In this document: in pieces, positions 28,482-39,834 of the stretch
Layout of the letters: the number at the start of each line of letters is the position of its first letter
Position numbering within the stretch: the first letter of the stretch is position 1
Assembly (NCBI GenBank): GCA_965203325.1
Contig: OZ241875.1
Location: 2,368,001-2,432,000, forward strand
Origin: a bacterium
Lineage (GTDB): Bacteria; UBA8248
DNA length: 64,000 nt
Direction of reading: 5' to 3'
Made by a program: the position numbers and the translations under genes
The notes under the pieces: generated by a model
Database searches by the model: none
What the model saw: only the letters and a program-made list of their open reading frames with translations
What the model was told of the DNA's origin: nothing

Positions 28482-29963
28482 ATGTTTTTCCTGGAACAAC
28501 TCATCCACGCCATGAACCCGTATCTGGTGTTCGTCTGCATCCTGGGCACCATCCTGGGACTCCTGTGGGGTTCGATGCCGGGCATCTCGACGACCATGTC
28601 CATGGTGCTGCTCATCGGACTCTCCACCCAGATGAGCCAGGACGTGGCCATCATGTTCCTGCTGGGCGTCTATACGGCGAGCGTGTTCGGCGGTTCGATT
28701 ACCGCGGTGCTCATCAACATCCCCGGTACGCCCGCCGCCGTTCCCACCATGATCGAGGGCTACCAACTCGCCCAGAGAGGAGAGGGAGGACAGGCGCTCG
28801 GCACCGCCCTGGTGGCGTCTTTTCTCGGAAACTGGGTGGGCATCCTGATCCTGGTGGCGTTCATACCCCTCATCCTGCTCATCGCCCTGCAGTTCCGCTC
28901 CTGGGAGATGTTCCTGCTGGCGCTTTGGGGGATAGCCATCTGCGGCACCCTCACCTCGGGCGAGGCGCCCATCAAGGGCTGGATATCCGGCTGGCTGGGG
29001 CTTCTCATCGCCTACGTGGGACTCGACAACATCTTCGGCGTTCCGCGCTTCACCTTCGGGAGTTTTCTCCTCGAAGACGGCATCAGCTATATTCCGGTCA
29101 TCATCGGCTTCTTCGGACTCACCGAGGTGCTCTGGGTGCTGCCCCAGAAAGAGCCGCCCGTGATCCCCGAAAAAGTGGACCGGGTGGTGCCCCCCTTCAG
29201 TATGTTGTGGCGCTATGCGCGCGCCTCGGTGCGCTCCGGCATCATCGGCACGGTGATAGGCGCCATCCCCGGGGCGGGAGGCAACATCGCCGCCTTCGTC
29301 GCCTACGACGTGGGAAAGCGCCGCGCCAAGCCCGAGGAGCGCGAGAAATTCGGCAAGGGGAGCTATGAGGGCATCGTGTGCGGCGAGGTGGCGAACAACG
29401 CGTGCATCGGCGGGACCATTCTCCCCACGCTCACGCTCGGGATACCGGGCAGTCCGCCCGCCGCCGCCTTCATGGCCGCGCTGGAACTCAAGCACGTGGT
29501 GATGGGGCCCACCATCGACGTCGAAAACCCGGGGCTTGTCTATTTCATCTACGGGGCGCTCATCGTGGCGAACTTCCTGATGTACGTTTTCGGCCTCCTG
29601 CTGGTGAAGCCCGCCGTCAAGCTCTACAGCCTGCCGCGCACCCTGCTGATGCCCATCATCATCCCGATCTGCATCCTGGGGGCGTACGCGGTGCGCCTGA
29701 GCATGTTCGACGTCTACGTCATGCTGGCCGCCGGCTTCGTCGGCTACGCGCTCAGGTGCCTCGGCCTCCCGCTGGCGCCCATGGTTCTGGCCGTCATCCT
29801 GGGGTCGCTGGCCGATGAGAACCTGCGCCGCGCGCTCATCACCTTCGAGAACAAGCCGTTCTGGTATTTCCTCACGAGCCCCGTCGGCACGATCCTGATG
29901 ATCGTTTCGGTGTTCACCTTCTACGACGGCATCTTCCGCAGAGGGCGCGGGAAGAAGACCTGA
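28482..29963 (+). CDS. TctA family transporter permease
   Basis: NIPGTPAA, GAIPGAGG, EVANNA, TLGIPG. Confidence 0.92.
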   Translation: MFFLEQLIHAMNPYLVFVCILGTILGLLWGSMPGISTTMSMVLLIGLSTQMSQDVAIMFLLGVYTASVFGGSITAVLINIPGTPAAVPTMIEGYQLAQRGEGGQALGTALVASFLGNWVGILILVAFIPLILLIALQFRSWEMFLLALWGIAICGTLTSGEAPIKGWISGWLGLLIAYVGLDNIFGVPRFTFGSFLLEDGISYIPVIIGFFGLTEVLWVLPQKEPPVIPEKVDRVVPPFSMLWRYARASVRSGIIGTVIGAIPGAGGNIAAFVAYDVGKRRAKPEEREKFGKGSYEGIVCGEVANNACIGGTILPTLTLGIPGSPPAAAFMAALELKHVVMGPTIDVENPGLVYFIYGALIVANFLMYVFGLLLVKPAVKLYSLPRTLLMPIIIPICILGAYAVRLSMFDVYVMLAAGFVGYALRCLGLPLAPMVLAVILGSLADENLRRALITFENKPFWYFLTSPVGTILMIVSVFTFYDGIFRRGRGKKT

Positions 29964-30073
29964 GGAAGGAAACACCCTCCACGCCTCGGACATGCCCGCG
30001 CGATTGACATTAGCGGAACAAGCGCATAGCATCTCCTTATATCATTCAATTTCATACACGGCTTTTTCATCTC

Positions 30074-30451
30074 GTGCGGGACAAGTGTTCGGGGAGACGG
30101 GGATTGGGCGACCGAGAAGCCTGTCTGATAAGGCCCGAAAACCAGAAGCACAAGGTGCTCGACGGCGGCGCGCAGGCCTGGCGGATGACTTCGCAGGAGG
30201 ACCACGGCTGGAACGTCGACGCCTGGCTCACGGTCTTCCGCCCCGGCGAGACGCACGAGTGGCACGATCACGAAGAGGATGAACTCATCTACATCATCGA
30301 GGGCGAAGGTCGATACGAACTTGAGGACAGGAGCATCGAGTTTCGAGGCGGAGACTGCATTTTCCTGCCCCGGAAGACGATGCACCGCAGCATGACGGGA
30401 GGAGAGAAAGACGTAAAGCTGCTGGCCATATTTCACCCGGCGAGAGAGTAA
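30074..30451 (+). CDS. Cupin domain protein (start uncertain)
   Basis: WHDHEEDELIYIIEGEG...GDCIFLP..MH. Confidence 0.85.
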   Translation: MRDKCSGRRGLGDREACLIRPENQKHKVLDGGAQAWRMTSQEDHGWNVDAWLTVFRPGETHEWHDHEEDELIYIIEGEGRYELEDRSIEFRGGDCIFLPRKTMHRSMTGGEKDVKLLAIFHPARE

Positions 30452-30536
30452 TAGGCCCTCTTGCCGGTTCCGATCGTTTTATCTCTGTTTGACGTAGTAG
30501 AGGCAACGGGTTCTCTCAATCGTGGAGGAAGATAAG

Positions 30537-31532
30537 ATGAAAAGGTTCGGCCTGATTTTGATCGCAACGTTCGTCGTATTGGGTATGGCCTCGAACGCGC
30601 TGGCTGCGAAAGGCGTCGTCAAGTTAATTCACGACAACACCTCGCACGCCGCCATCCCCTACATCGCTGAAAAGAAAGGCTTCTACAAGGCCGAGGGCGT
30701 GGAAGTGCAACGGCGGGTCACGAGCCCCCGTGCGCTGATCGACGCGCTCATCGGCGGCACCGCCGACATCATCAGCACGCGCGGCTCCCGCGTGGGCCAG
30801 ATTGCGGCGCGCGGCCTGGACGTGGTGGGTATCGCGCTCAACCGCTACGGGAACCAGAACATGGTTCTCGTGCCCATGAAGGACACGACCACCAAGTCGG
30901 TCAAGGACTTGAAGGGCAAGACCGTCGGCGCGCAGATGGGCACCGGCACCTGGGCCACCTGGATGACGTATCTCTCGCGCATCGGCATGTCGGACAAGGA
31001 CTTCAAGATCCGCAATACCAAGACGGGTTCGCTTCCGGCCGCTTTCGAGCGCGGCGCTCTGGATGCGGGTCTGACCTGGGAGCCGTGGGGCTCGATTATC
31101 GTCGGCAAGGGCCTGGGCCGGATGGTCATGGGGCCGAAGGACTATGACGACCTGCTCGGCTACACCTCCCCGGTGTTCCTGACGACTTCGTGGTCCTACA
31201 TCAAGAAGAAAAACCCCGACGGCGCGCAGCGCTTCATCAACGCGCACGTTCGCGCGATGCGTTTCCTGAACCGCAACCGCGACGAGTCCGCGAAGCTGAT
31301 GCACGAGTTCTGGAAGAGCCAGGGCTTCAAGTTCAGCGTGGCGAAGGTGAAGACCGACCTGTACAAGTTCATGCGCTGGGACCGCGCGATGATCACGCAC
31401 AGGGACATCAAGGAAGTGCAGGACGGCGTGGACGTGAGCGTCAAGAAGGGCAAGCTGCCCAAGCGCATCGACGTCACCAAGCACATCGACATCACGTTGG
31501 TGGAAAACGCTTACTTCAATTTGATGAAGTAA
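30537..31532 (+). CDS. NitT/TauT-type ABC substrate-binding protein
   Basis: Signal peptide, IAEKKGFY, DLKGKTVG, TWEPW. Confidence 0.88.
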   Translation: MKRFGLILIATFVVLGMASNALAAKGVVKLIHDNTSHAAIPYIAEKKGFYKAEGVEVQRRVTSPRALIDALIGGTADIISTRGSRVGQIAARGLDVVGIALNRYGNQNMVLVPMKDTTTKSVKDLKGKTVGAQMGTGTWATWMTYLSRIGMSDKDFKIRNTKTGSLPAAFERGALDAGLTWEPWGSIIVGKGLGRMVMGPKDYDDLLGYTSPVFLTTSWSYIKKKNPDGAQRFINAHVRAMRFLNRNRDESAKLMHEFWKSQGFKFSVAKVKTDLYKFMRWDRAMITHRDIKEVQDGVDVSVKKGKLPKRIDVTKHIDITLVENAYFNLMK

Positions 31533-31649
31533 GACGGCAGATATAATTCCGAACCGTATTTTACCCCTCCGGGGGGCGTATGCAGCCTTCCGGAGGGGTG
31601 AGATTGTATTCGTATGCTTGTGAAGTGCGTTTGAGGAGAATCGCGAATC

Positions 31650-32999
31650 ATGGATGAGCTTCAAAAGAAAGTCGTCGACGCGGTGGATGAGGATTTCCTC
31701 GTAAAAACCACGATGGAACTCGTGGACATACCCAGCCCCACCGGCTACGAGGAGGAGGCGGCCCGCTACATGCACGCGAAGTACGAAGAGGCCGGTTTCG
31801 AATCGCATCTGCAAAAAGTGGCCGAGGGCCGCTACAACGCGGTCGGCATCTCACCGGGCACGGGCGGCGGCTATTCGGTGATGTTCAACGGCCACCTGGA
31901 CACCTCCTATTCCGGCGAAGAGCCCGAACTCACCCAGCCGGGCTACAAGAACAAGGCGATTCGCGAGGGGGACTGGATCATCGGAAACGGCGCGGCCAAC
32001 ATGAAAAGCGCCGACGTCTCCTACCTCGGCGCGGCGAAGGCTCTCCAGGACGCGGGCGTGGAGCTCAGGGGCGATATCGTCCTCGCTTCCGTCGCGGGCG
32101 AGATCGAGAAAAACCGCATCGACCAGTACCAGGACGTGCTCTACGACGGCTACGGCGTCGGCACCCGGCATCTTATATCGCACGGATATCTGACGGATTT
32201 CTGTATTCTCGGGGAGCCGACCGGCATGCAGGTAGCACCCTGGCATGGGGGCACAATCTGGTTCAAGGTCATCACGCGGGGTTCGATGGGCCATACGTGC
32301 TACGGCCACTACACGGCCAGCGCCATCGAGCGTATGGAACGTGTGCAGGCGGCGGTTCGCAAGTGGATTCCCGAGTACCGGGGCCGCAATGAATTCCTGG
32401 GCGAACGCCCCCACGTGAACGTGGCCGCCATCGAGGGCGGATGGCCCTACCGCTGCGCGCGCTCGCCTATCGAGTGCCGTCTTTACGTGGACGTCCGCCT
32501 GGTACCGGGTCAGACGATTCAGGACGTGCAGGCGGAGTTCAAGGGCGTCATCGAGCAGGTGAACAAGGAACACCCCGACGTCGGCGCCAAGGTCGAGGTG
32601 TTCTCCTCGCATCCGCCCTCGGGCATTCCCGTAGATTCGCTGCCTTCCAAAGCGATGATTCAGGCGCATGAGCAGATTGTGGGTGAGAAGCCGAACATCA
32701 TCGTGAAGACTTCCTATCTGGACGCCGCCCATATGAACCGCTACGGGGTCCAGACCATCACGTACGGATTGGCGGGCCGAACGTTTGATGCGGATTACGG
32801 CTGGAACGCCGATATCGGCGAGCACATCCACGTCGACGCGCTGGTGGACACGACGAAGATATTCGCCCTCGCAGCGCTGGATCTGTGCATGCGGGAGCGT
32901 GACGCCTCCGCCATCGCGCCGGACCCCTACGCGAACCTGCCCGAGCCCGGGCAAATAGAAGCTCTCGGAAGCGGACGCATAACGGCTCTCGGAAGCTGA
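31650..32999 (+). CDS. M20 family metallohydrolase (ArgE/DapE-like) with non-canonical ligands
   Basis: FNGHLDT, GAANMKS, GEIE, LGEPT. Confidence 0.85.
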   Translation: MDELQKKVVDAVDEDFLVKTTMELVDIPSPTGYEEEAARYMHAKYEEAGFESHLQKVAEGRYNAVGISPGTGGGYSVMFNGHLDTSYSGEEPELTQPGYKNKAIREGDWIIGNGAANMKSADVSYLGAAKALQDAGVELRGDIVLASVAGEIEKNRIDQYQDVLYDGYGVGTRHLISHGYLTDFCILGEPTGMQVAPWHGGTIWFKVITRGSMGHTCYGHYTASAIERMERVQAAVRKWIPEYRGRNEFLGERPHVNVAAIEGGWPYRCARSPIECRLYVDVRLVPGQTIQDVQAEFKGVIEQVNKEHPDVGAKVEVFSSHPPSGIPVDSLPSKAMIQAHEQIVGEKPNIIVKTSYLDAAHMNRYGVQTITYGLAGRTFDADYGWNADIGEHIHVDALVDTTKIFALAALDLCMRERDASAIAPDPYANLPEPGQIEALGSGRITALGS

Positions 33000-33013
33000 G
33001 AAAGGAATTTTTC

Positions 33014-33874
33014 GTGGCGTCGGCCGATAAAGCGCGAACCCAGCCCGGAGAAACGCCGGGGACCGAAAGACAACTCGGGCCTCCCAACTGGGGCGTGGTT
33101 TTCAGAAACTCGGGCAAGGCCTTTTTTCTGATGGCGGCGCCTCTCATCGGACTGCTCATCTTCTGGGAGTTGCTCGCACACTCGGGCACGCTCCATCCTG
33201 TGCTTTTCCCTCCGCTGGAAAAGATATGGGTGACGATGGTGGATCAGGCGAAATCCGGCATCCTCTGGCTGGACATCTACGTTTCGCTTTACCGGCTCCT
33301 GGTCGGAGCGTTCCTCGCCCTCGTTTCGGGAACTGTGGTCGGCCTGATAATGGGGATGAATCAGACGGTGGAGCGCATTCTGGCCCCGCCGATGTATTTT
33401 TTCCTGGCCGTGCCGGGCCTCGCATTGTTTCCCATCGTCATTCTCTGGTTCGGACTGAGCGATTTCACGCTGATCTCCGTGCTGTGGTTCGAGGGCATGA
33501 TCACCGTCATGGTGAACGCGTGGACGGGCGTGAAGACCGTGGACGCCTCCCTCATCCGCGCAGGCCGCGCCATGGGCGCCAAGGGCATGACGCTTTTCTT
33601 TCAGGTGATGGTGCCCGGCGCGCTGCCGAATCTCATCGCGGGCTACCGCATCGCGTTCAGCCGCGCATGGCGCATCGTCGTGACCGGGGAGATGATAGTC
33701 GCGCTCGAGGCGGGCCTGGGCTTTCGGATTTTCGCGGCCCGCGATTTCCTCGCGGCGGACATGATGTACGGAGGGGTGGTGGTCGTTGGTATTCTGGGCG
33801 TGATCGTGGAGCGCGTCTGCCTGCGGAGCATCGAGCTGGCCACGGTTCAGCGCTGGGGAACACTGCGCGAATAA
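33014..33874 (+). CDS. NitT/TauT ABC permease
   Basis: SLYRLLVG, WFGL, RAGRAMGA, PGALP. Confidence 0.9.
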   Translation: MASADKARTQPGETPGTERQLGPPNWGVVFRNSGKAFFLMAAPLIGLLIFWELLAHSGTLHPVLFPPLEKIWVTMVDQAKSGILWLDIYVSLYRLLVGAFLALVSGTVVGLIMGMNQTVERILAPPMYFFLAVPGLALFPIVILWFGLSDFTLISVLWFEGMITVMVNAWTGVKTVDASLIRAGRAMGAKGMTLFFQVMVPGALPNLIAGYRIAFSRAWRIVVTGEMIVALEAGLGFRIFAARDFLAADMMYGGVVVVGILGVIVERVCLRSIELATVQRWGTLRE

Positions 33875-33894
33875 CGCGCCGATAGGAGCATATC

Positions 33895-34710
<816 letters not shown>

Positions 34711-34736
34711 ACGAAAACCAAAAGAGGAACGAGAAG

Positions 34737-35174
34737 ATGATCCAGAGACAGTTCATGCAGCCCGACGATATGTGGTCCCGCGTGGAAAACAACGAGCTTC
34801 TTTACGTGCCCGTGGTGACGATTCATGGTTCGGACCACGCCCATATCTATCTTTCCGGTCAGGTGCCCCGCAAGCCGAGCGGCGAAGTGGAAGGCGTCGG
34901 TGACATGCGCACCCAGATACGAGTGACTTGCGAGAACATCGGCAAGGGCTTGGCCCACGCGGGTGCTACGTTCGACGACATCGTCAGTTCCACGACGTAT
35001 GTGACCGACATCATGGAGTATTACAAGCATTCCGATGAGCGCTTCAAATACTTCAAGAACGTTCGCCCGGCCAGCACGCTGATCGAGATATCCCGCCTCG
35101 GTCCTCCCGACGCGATGATCGAGATAACGGCGGAGGCCATCATCGAGCCCGAGCGGCTGCGGGTCCAGCCGTAG
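34737..35174 (+). CDS. RidA/YjgF family protein
   Basis: IYLSGQV, RPASTLIEI, MIEITAEA. Confidence 0.88.
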   Translation: MIQRQFMQPDDMWSRVENNELLYVPVVTIHGSDHAHIYLSGQVPRKPSGEVEGVGDMRTQIRVTCENIGKGLAHAGATFDDIVSSTTYVTDIMEYYKHSDERFKYFKNVRPASTLIEISRLGPPDAMIEITAEAIIEPERLRVQP

Positions 35175-35268
35175 GCGCGGTTTAATCTGGACTCCTTGGC
35201 GGTAACCGGGCCGGGGCGATCGTATAGGTTTCGAGTATCTTCCATTCAAAATGCCTCGGGAGTCTTGC

Positions 35269-36635
35269 ATGGATGAACTCAGAGTATTGTCCGTTTGCGG
35301 CAATCTCGGCTACGGATTCCCCAAGGCCTCTCTCGATAACGGCCTCGCCCGCGACCCGCACATCATGGGGGCGGACAACGGCTCGACCGATGCGGGTCCC
35401 TATTACCTCGGCAGCGGCGATCAGCTCACCAAGCGCGAGCAGATTCGCAGAGACTTAGGGTTTCTCGCTGGCCGCCGCGAGAAAGAAGAAGATTCCCTAC
35501 ATCATCGGCTCCGCCGGTACGGCGGGCGGAAATCCCCACGTGGACAGCGTGCTCGACACGATGAATGAATTGGCGAAGCGCGACGGGCACCGCTTCAAAC
35601 TCGCGGTGATCCGCTCCGAGATGGACAAGGAGTTCATCAAGCGCGCCGTCCGGGAAAAGAGAACGCGCACCCTGGGGAAGCTCCCCGAACTCACCGAGGA
35701 GATGGTGGACGAAAGCGTGCGCATCGTGGGTCAGATGGGGCTGGAACCTTTCATGACGGCCCTGGAGGGCGGTGCGGAGGTCGTTCTTGCCGGACGCTCC
35801 TGCGACACGGCCATCTACACCTCTTACGCCGCGATGCAGGGCTTCGACCTTGGGCCTCGCCTTCCACATGGCGAAGATCATCGAGTGCGGCGCGCAATGC
35901 GCTCTCCCCATCGGGGCGAACGACTGCATTCTGGGCACTTTGCGCGAGGATCACTTCGAGCTCGAACCGATGAACGAGGGGATGCGTGTGACGCCTAATT
36001 CCGTGGCGGCCCACATGATGTACGAACAGCCCGATCCCTACCTGTTCTACGAACCGGAGGGGGTGATCGATCTCAAAGACTCGGAGTTCGAGCAAGTCAG
36101 CGAGCGCCGCGTGCGGGTGAGCGGCAGCCGATTCGTGCAAGCGCAGACCCCCACTATCAAAATCGAAGGCGTGCGCTTGAGGGGATACCGCACCATCGCC
36201 GTCGCCGGTATGACGGACCCGCGTCTCATCGCGAGTCTCGACGAGGTGGAGGCGAACGTGAAGAACACCGTCGCGGACATGGTTCGGAGTACGCTCTCGC
36301 CCGAGGACTACGAACTGCGCTTCATCTTCTACGGGCGCGACGGCGTGATGGGCCGTCCGGCGGCGGATGAATCAGGCGCTCCCCGGGAAGTCGGCGTGGT
36401 GATGGAGGCAATCGCCAGGGATCAGACGACGGCGAACGCGGTGCTCTCACTCACGCGGAGCACGTTCCTGCATTCGGGCTTCGAGGGCCGAAAAGCCACC
36501 GCCGGGAACCTCGCCTTCCCGTTCTCGCCGTCTGATTTCGAGGGCGGACCGGTGTATGAGTTCCACATCTATCACCTCGTGGAGCTGGAAGACGCCGCGG
36601 CGCCCTTCGAGGTCGAATTCGAGCAGGTGGGCTGA
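35269..36635 (+). pseudogene. Acyclic terpene utilisation AtuA-family gene with two apparent +1 frameshifts (~35462, ~35852)
   Basis: LGYGFP, DNGSTDAGPYYLG | IIGSAGTAG, AGRSCDTA | HMAKIIECGAQCA, AAHMMYE, GNLAFPFSPSD spread over successive frames. Confidence 0.8.
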
Positions 36636-36637
36636 GG

Positions 36638-36949
36638 GTGGAGCGACTCTACGACCTCGCCGAGGTGCTGCGAAGCAAAAACGCAGGCCCCCTGCACATC
36701 ACGCTGGATCTGTTGTTCGCCGATGAGGCGACTTATCGGCGCGTGGCTGACAGCGAGGCGCTCACGCCGGGCGTGGTTTCAGAACTCTACGAGATGGCGA
36801 CCGAGGATGTGAAGATAGTCCATTTCGACGCGGCCAACGCCATCAAGATCACCATACCGAGGAAAGGGCCGACCTCGGGCGCGCCGGGCGACCGCGACGT
36901 GTACGGGGCGCAGCAGCACGGCCCGCTGCTCGGTCTCATGATTCCCTGA
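36638..36949 (+). CDS. DUF4387-like small protein (AtuA partner)
   Basis: RSKNAGP..TLD, AIKITIPR, GDRDVYGAQQH. Confidence 0.85.
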   Translation: MERLYDLAEVLRSKNAGPLHITLDLLFADEATYRRVADSEALTPGVVSELYEMATEDVKIVHFDAANAIKITIPRKGPTSGAPGDRDVYGAQQHGPLLGLMIP

Positions 36950-36989
36950 TGGCTTGCGTATCCCCCGAAGGGGATGAGGAGGTTTTCCG

Positions 36990-38375
36990 ATGGACGTCGA
37001 ACGGGTCATCGCGCAAATCGAGGCGGATTTCGAATCCGCCCATATCGAGCGTCTCCTGAAATACATTCGACAGCCGAGCGTCTCCGCGCTCAACCTCGGC
37101 AACGACGAGATGGCGCGGATGCTGGCCGATGAGATCATCGAGGTCGGCGGCGAGGCGGAGGTGGTGGAAACGGCGGAGTTTCCCGTCGTCTACGGACTTA
37201 TCGACGCGGGCGCGGATCGCACGCTGCTCTGCCACGGCCTCTACGACGTGACGCCGGCGGAAGAACCAAACTGGATTAACCCTCCCTTCGAGCCGGAGAT
37301 TCAGGAACTGGAAGGCCTGGGGCTCTGCATCGTGGGACGGGGAGCGGAGGACATGAAGACCGGCATCGCCTGCGTGATGAACACGGTCTACGCGGCGCGC
37401 GCCGCAGGGGAGAAGCTCCCGCTCAATCTCATGTTCGTCCACGAGGCGTCCGAACTCGGCAGCGGCGGCATCAAGGATTTCTTCCCGCGCTACAGGGAGA
37501 AGATGCAAAAGGCGAACGCGGCCTACTGGCTCTGCCCGATGGGGCAGACCGACGGAACGCCCATCGTCCCGCTGGGGCTCAAGGGCAACCTGATGGGCAG
37601 GCTCTTCTGCCGTCCCGGGGAGTGGGGCGGGCCGGTGGGCAACGAGATTCACGCGCTCAACTGCAACTGGATAGGCAATCCGGCGGAGCGCATCGTGGAG
37701 GCGATCGCCTACCTGCAGGCGAGGCTCGAAGAGATCTACCAAAACGGCGAGGGCTGGACGCCGAGCGAAGCCGAAGAGGAATTGTGCCGAAAGCTCGCCG
37801 CTCGCATGGACCCCGAGCGGATGAAGCAGAGCCTGGGCGTCGAGCGTTTCCGGCAGGATGATTTTCGCGCCGCCGTCCGCTCGCATCTGTTCAAGGCGGA
37901 ATTCACCCTGACGGGCCTTCACGCGGGCTTCGTCGGCGAGGGCAAATCCGTCAAGGTCAGCATTCCCTCCGAAGCCCAGGCCGTGGTGAACATGCGCTTC
38001 CAGCCGGGCGAAGACCCCGACGAGCGTATCGGGAACGTCCGCAACATCCTGGCCGAGGGCGGCTACGGCGATGTCGAGTTCGTCGTGAACAACCACTACG
38101 CGGGCGGCGGAACGCCGCTGGATCATCCCCTGATCCAGTGTTTTCTCCAGGCCCACGCGGACATGGGCGCAAACCCGGAAGTCTGGCCCGTGCACCCGGC
38201 GGGGATGCCCGTGGCCTTGTGGACCGAAGAGTTGGGTGTGCCCTGGATCGGCGGGCTTCCGTGCAACGCCATGCGAAAACACGCGGCGAACGAATACGCA
38301 CAGGTATCGGGGGTTCTCCAGTCCGAGAAATTCCTCGTGCACCTGTTCGAGGGGTTCTCGAAACTCACGTATTGA
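36990..38375 (+). CDS. M20/M25/M40 family metallohydrolase (dipeptidase-like), non-canonical motifs
   Basis: RQPSVSA, GLYDVTP, PPFEP, GRGAEDMK, LGLKG, HAANE. Confidence 0.85.
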   Translation: MDVERVIAQIEADFESAHIERLLKYIRQPSVSALNLGNDEMARMLADEIIEVGGEAEVVETAEFPVVYGLIDAGADRTLLCHGLYDVTPAEEPNWINPPFEPEIQELEGLGLCIVGRGAEDMKTGIACVMNTVYAARAAGEKLPLNLMFVHEASELGSGGIKDFFPRYREKMQKANAAYWLCPMGQTDGTPIVPLGLKGNLMGRLFCRPGEWGGPVGNEIHALNCNWIGNPAERIVEAIAYLQARLEEIYQNGEGWTPSEAEEELCRKLAARMDPERMKQSLGVERFRQDDFRAAVRSHLFKAEFTLTGLHAGFVGEGKSVKVSIPSEAQAVVNMRFQPGEDPDERIGNVRNILAEGGYGDVEFVVNNHYAGGGTPLDHPLIQCFLQAHADMGANPEVWPVHPAGMPVALWTEELGVPWIGGLPCNAMRKHAANEYAQVSGVLQSEKFLVHLFEGFSKLTY

Positions 38376-38416
38376 TTGTGGGGTGCTTGTCCATCACCAC
38401 AACGAAGGCCGAAAAA

Positions 38417-39142
38417 TTAACTATCCCCCGCCGGCGGCCAGATGCGCTCGCCCAGACTCGGGGAACTGGGCGCGTGGACGAGGGTGTTCACGGCCTGGCG
38501 CGAGCGGGGTATCTTCTCCGTCGTGAAGTTCTTCTGAAGCGATTCCAGGGATACCCACTCATAGAGAATCCCGTGCTTCGCCCAGCCCGATACCGATACG
38601 AGATTGCGCGCGCCGACACATCCCTCCATGCTCACGAGGCGCGGCATACGCACCTGGGCGTACCAGCAACCGAGCTCGTCCTCGTTCTCGACGGCGTTGA
38701 TGTTGAAGGTTCCGAACTGGATACCCGGACCCGGCGTGATTCCCGGCGCGCGGGTCTTGAACTCGGGACCGTCGATGCGGTTGTGCTCCATGAAGATGCA
38801 AGAGCGCGCGTTCAATCGCCGCCCGAGCATTTCCCGGTCATCCGCCGTCATCTTCTCCGCCATCTGTTCGGGACTCGGGTCCAGAAAAGCGTTCGGCGAG
38901 AGTGCGCCGTAGAGCATCAGGTACTGAACCCCCTTAGGCACGCTCGCGTCGTCCGTGTGGTGGACGACGCCCCGGATCCGTTCCTCACGCTCGGGCGTGA
39001 CGACGTTCTTCACGTGCGCCGCCCAGAGGTAACCCGGACGCGCAAGCGCTTCGGGGATGTGGACCTCGTGAAGCCAGGTGATGTATTCATCCGCTCCCTC
39101 TTCGGGAAGGTCGTACCATACCGCCCAGATTCCTCGGTCCAT
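38417..39142 (-). CDS. Hypothetical protein with two dimeric alpha/beta barrel-like repeats
   Basis: WLHEVHIPEALARPG and WYAQVRMPRLVSMEG repeats; downstream of and co-oriented with the AhpD-like gene. Confidence 0.6.
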   Translation of the reverse strand: MDRGIWAVWYDLPEEGADEYITWLHEVHIPEALARPGYLWAAHVKNVVTPEREERIRGVVHHTDDASVPKGVQYLMLYGALSPNAFLDPSPEQMAEKMTADDREMLGRRLNARSCIFMEHNRIDGPEFKTRAPGITPGPGIQFGTFNINAVENEDELGCWYAQVRMPRLVSMEGCVGARNLVSVSGWAKHGILYEWVSLESLQKNFTTEKIPRSRQAVNTLVHAPSSPSLGERIWPPAGDS

Positions 39143-39180
39143 TTATCGTTTCTCCTCTTTGGTGTGATTCATAATTGCTC

Positions 39181-39834
39181 TCAATCGTTGGGTTCGGGGA
39201 AGGCGTCCGGCCAGTTGTCCAGAACTTCCTGCAGATAAGCCTTGAGTTTCGCCGGGTCGGGCCGGAGGCGGCCTACGTCCTCGACGATATCTATTTCGTC
39301 GTTCGGCAGCTTGAGTGAATCGTGGTAGCGGTTTCTCATGTTGAAATAGCTGATGACGAAGGTGAGTTCCACGAACTCTGCGTCCGTGAAATGCTTTTGC
39401 ACTTCCTCGGCCACGTCGTCCCGGAACTTGGCGGAGTTGCGCGTGACGTGTTCGGCCCAGAGGACGGTCGCTTTTTCCCTTGGGGTCAGCAGCGGCGAAT
39501 CCATGTACTCATCCGAGCCGATGGCGGCGACGTGTTCATCGGTGATTCCCAGCACCCGGCCGAGAGCGGTGTTGTGCGCGAGTCAGTAGTCGCACCCGTT
39601 CAACTGGCTGGTCTTGATGACGGCGATCTCTTTTATCTTGGAAGAAAGCACGGTGCCGAGCCCCTCGCGCATCAGTGTCTGGACGAGGGGATAGAAGATG
39701 CGCGCGAGAAACGGGGAGTGCGCCGTCGCCCGGGTGGAATTGACCTGCCTGCTTTGGAAGTTGTTCAGGATGTCGAAGGTGCGCGCGACCTCGCCTTCTG
39801 CTCCCTCCCTGCCGAGCAACGGAACTCTGGACAT
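39181..39834 (-). CDS. Probable selenoprotein of the AhpD/carboxymuconolactone decarboxylase family (C-D-Y-U-x-x-H); Sec at TGA 39585-39583
   Basis: ORFs 39583-39924 and 39181-39555 are in frame. Readthrough gives KEIAVIKTSQLNGCDY-U-LAHNTALGRVLG. RBS GAAGGAG precedes ATG 39834. Confidence 0.88.

Noticed and set aside
32961..32996. 12-bp direct repeat GCTCTCGGAAGC at the end of the M20 gene as a target-site duplication
   Set aside because: Only 12 bp separate the two copies and there is no element between them. It is probably a local duplication in a variable tail.
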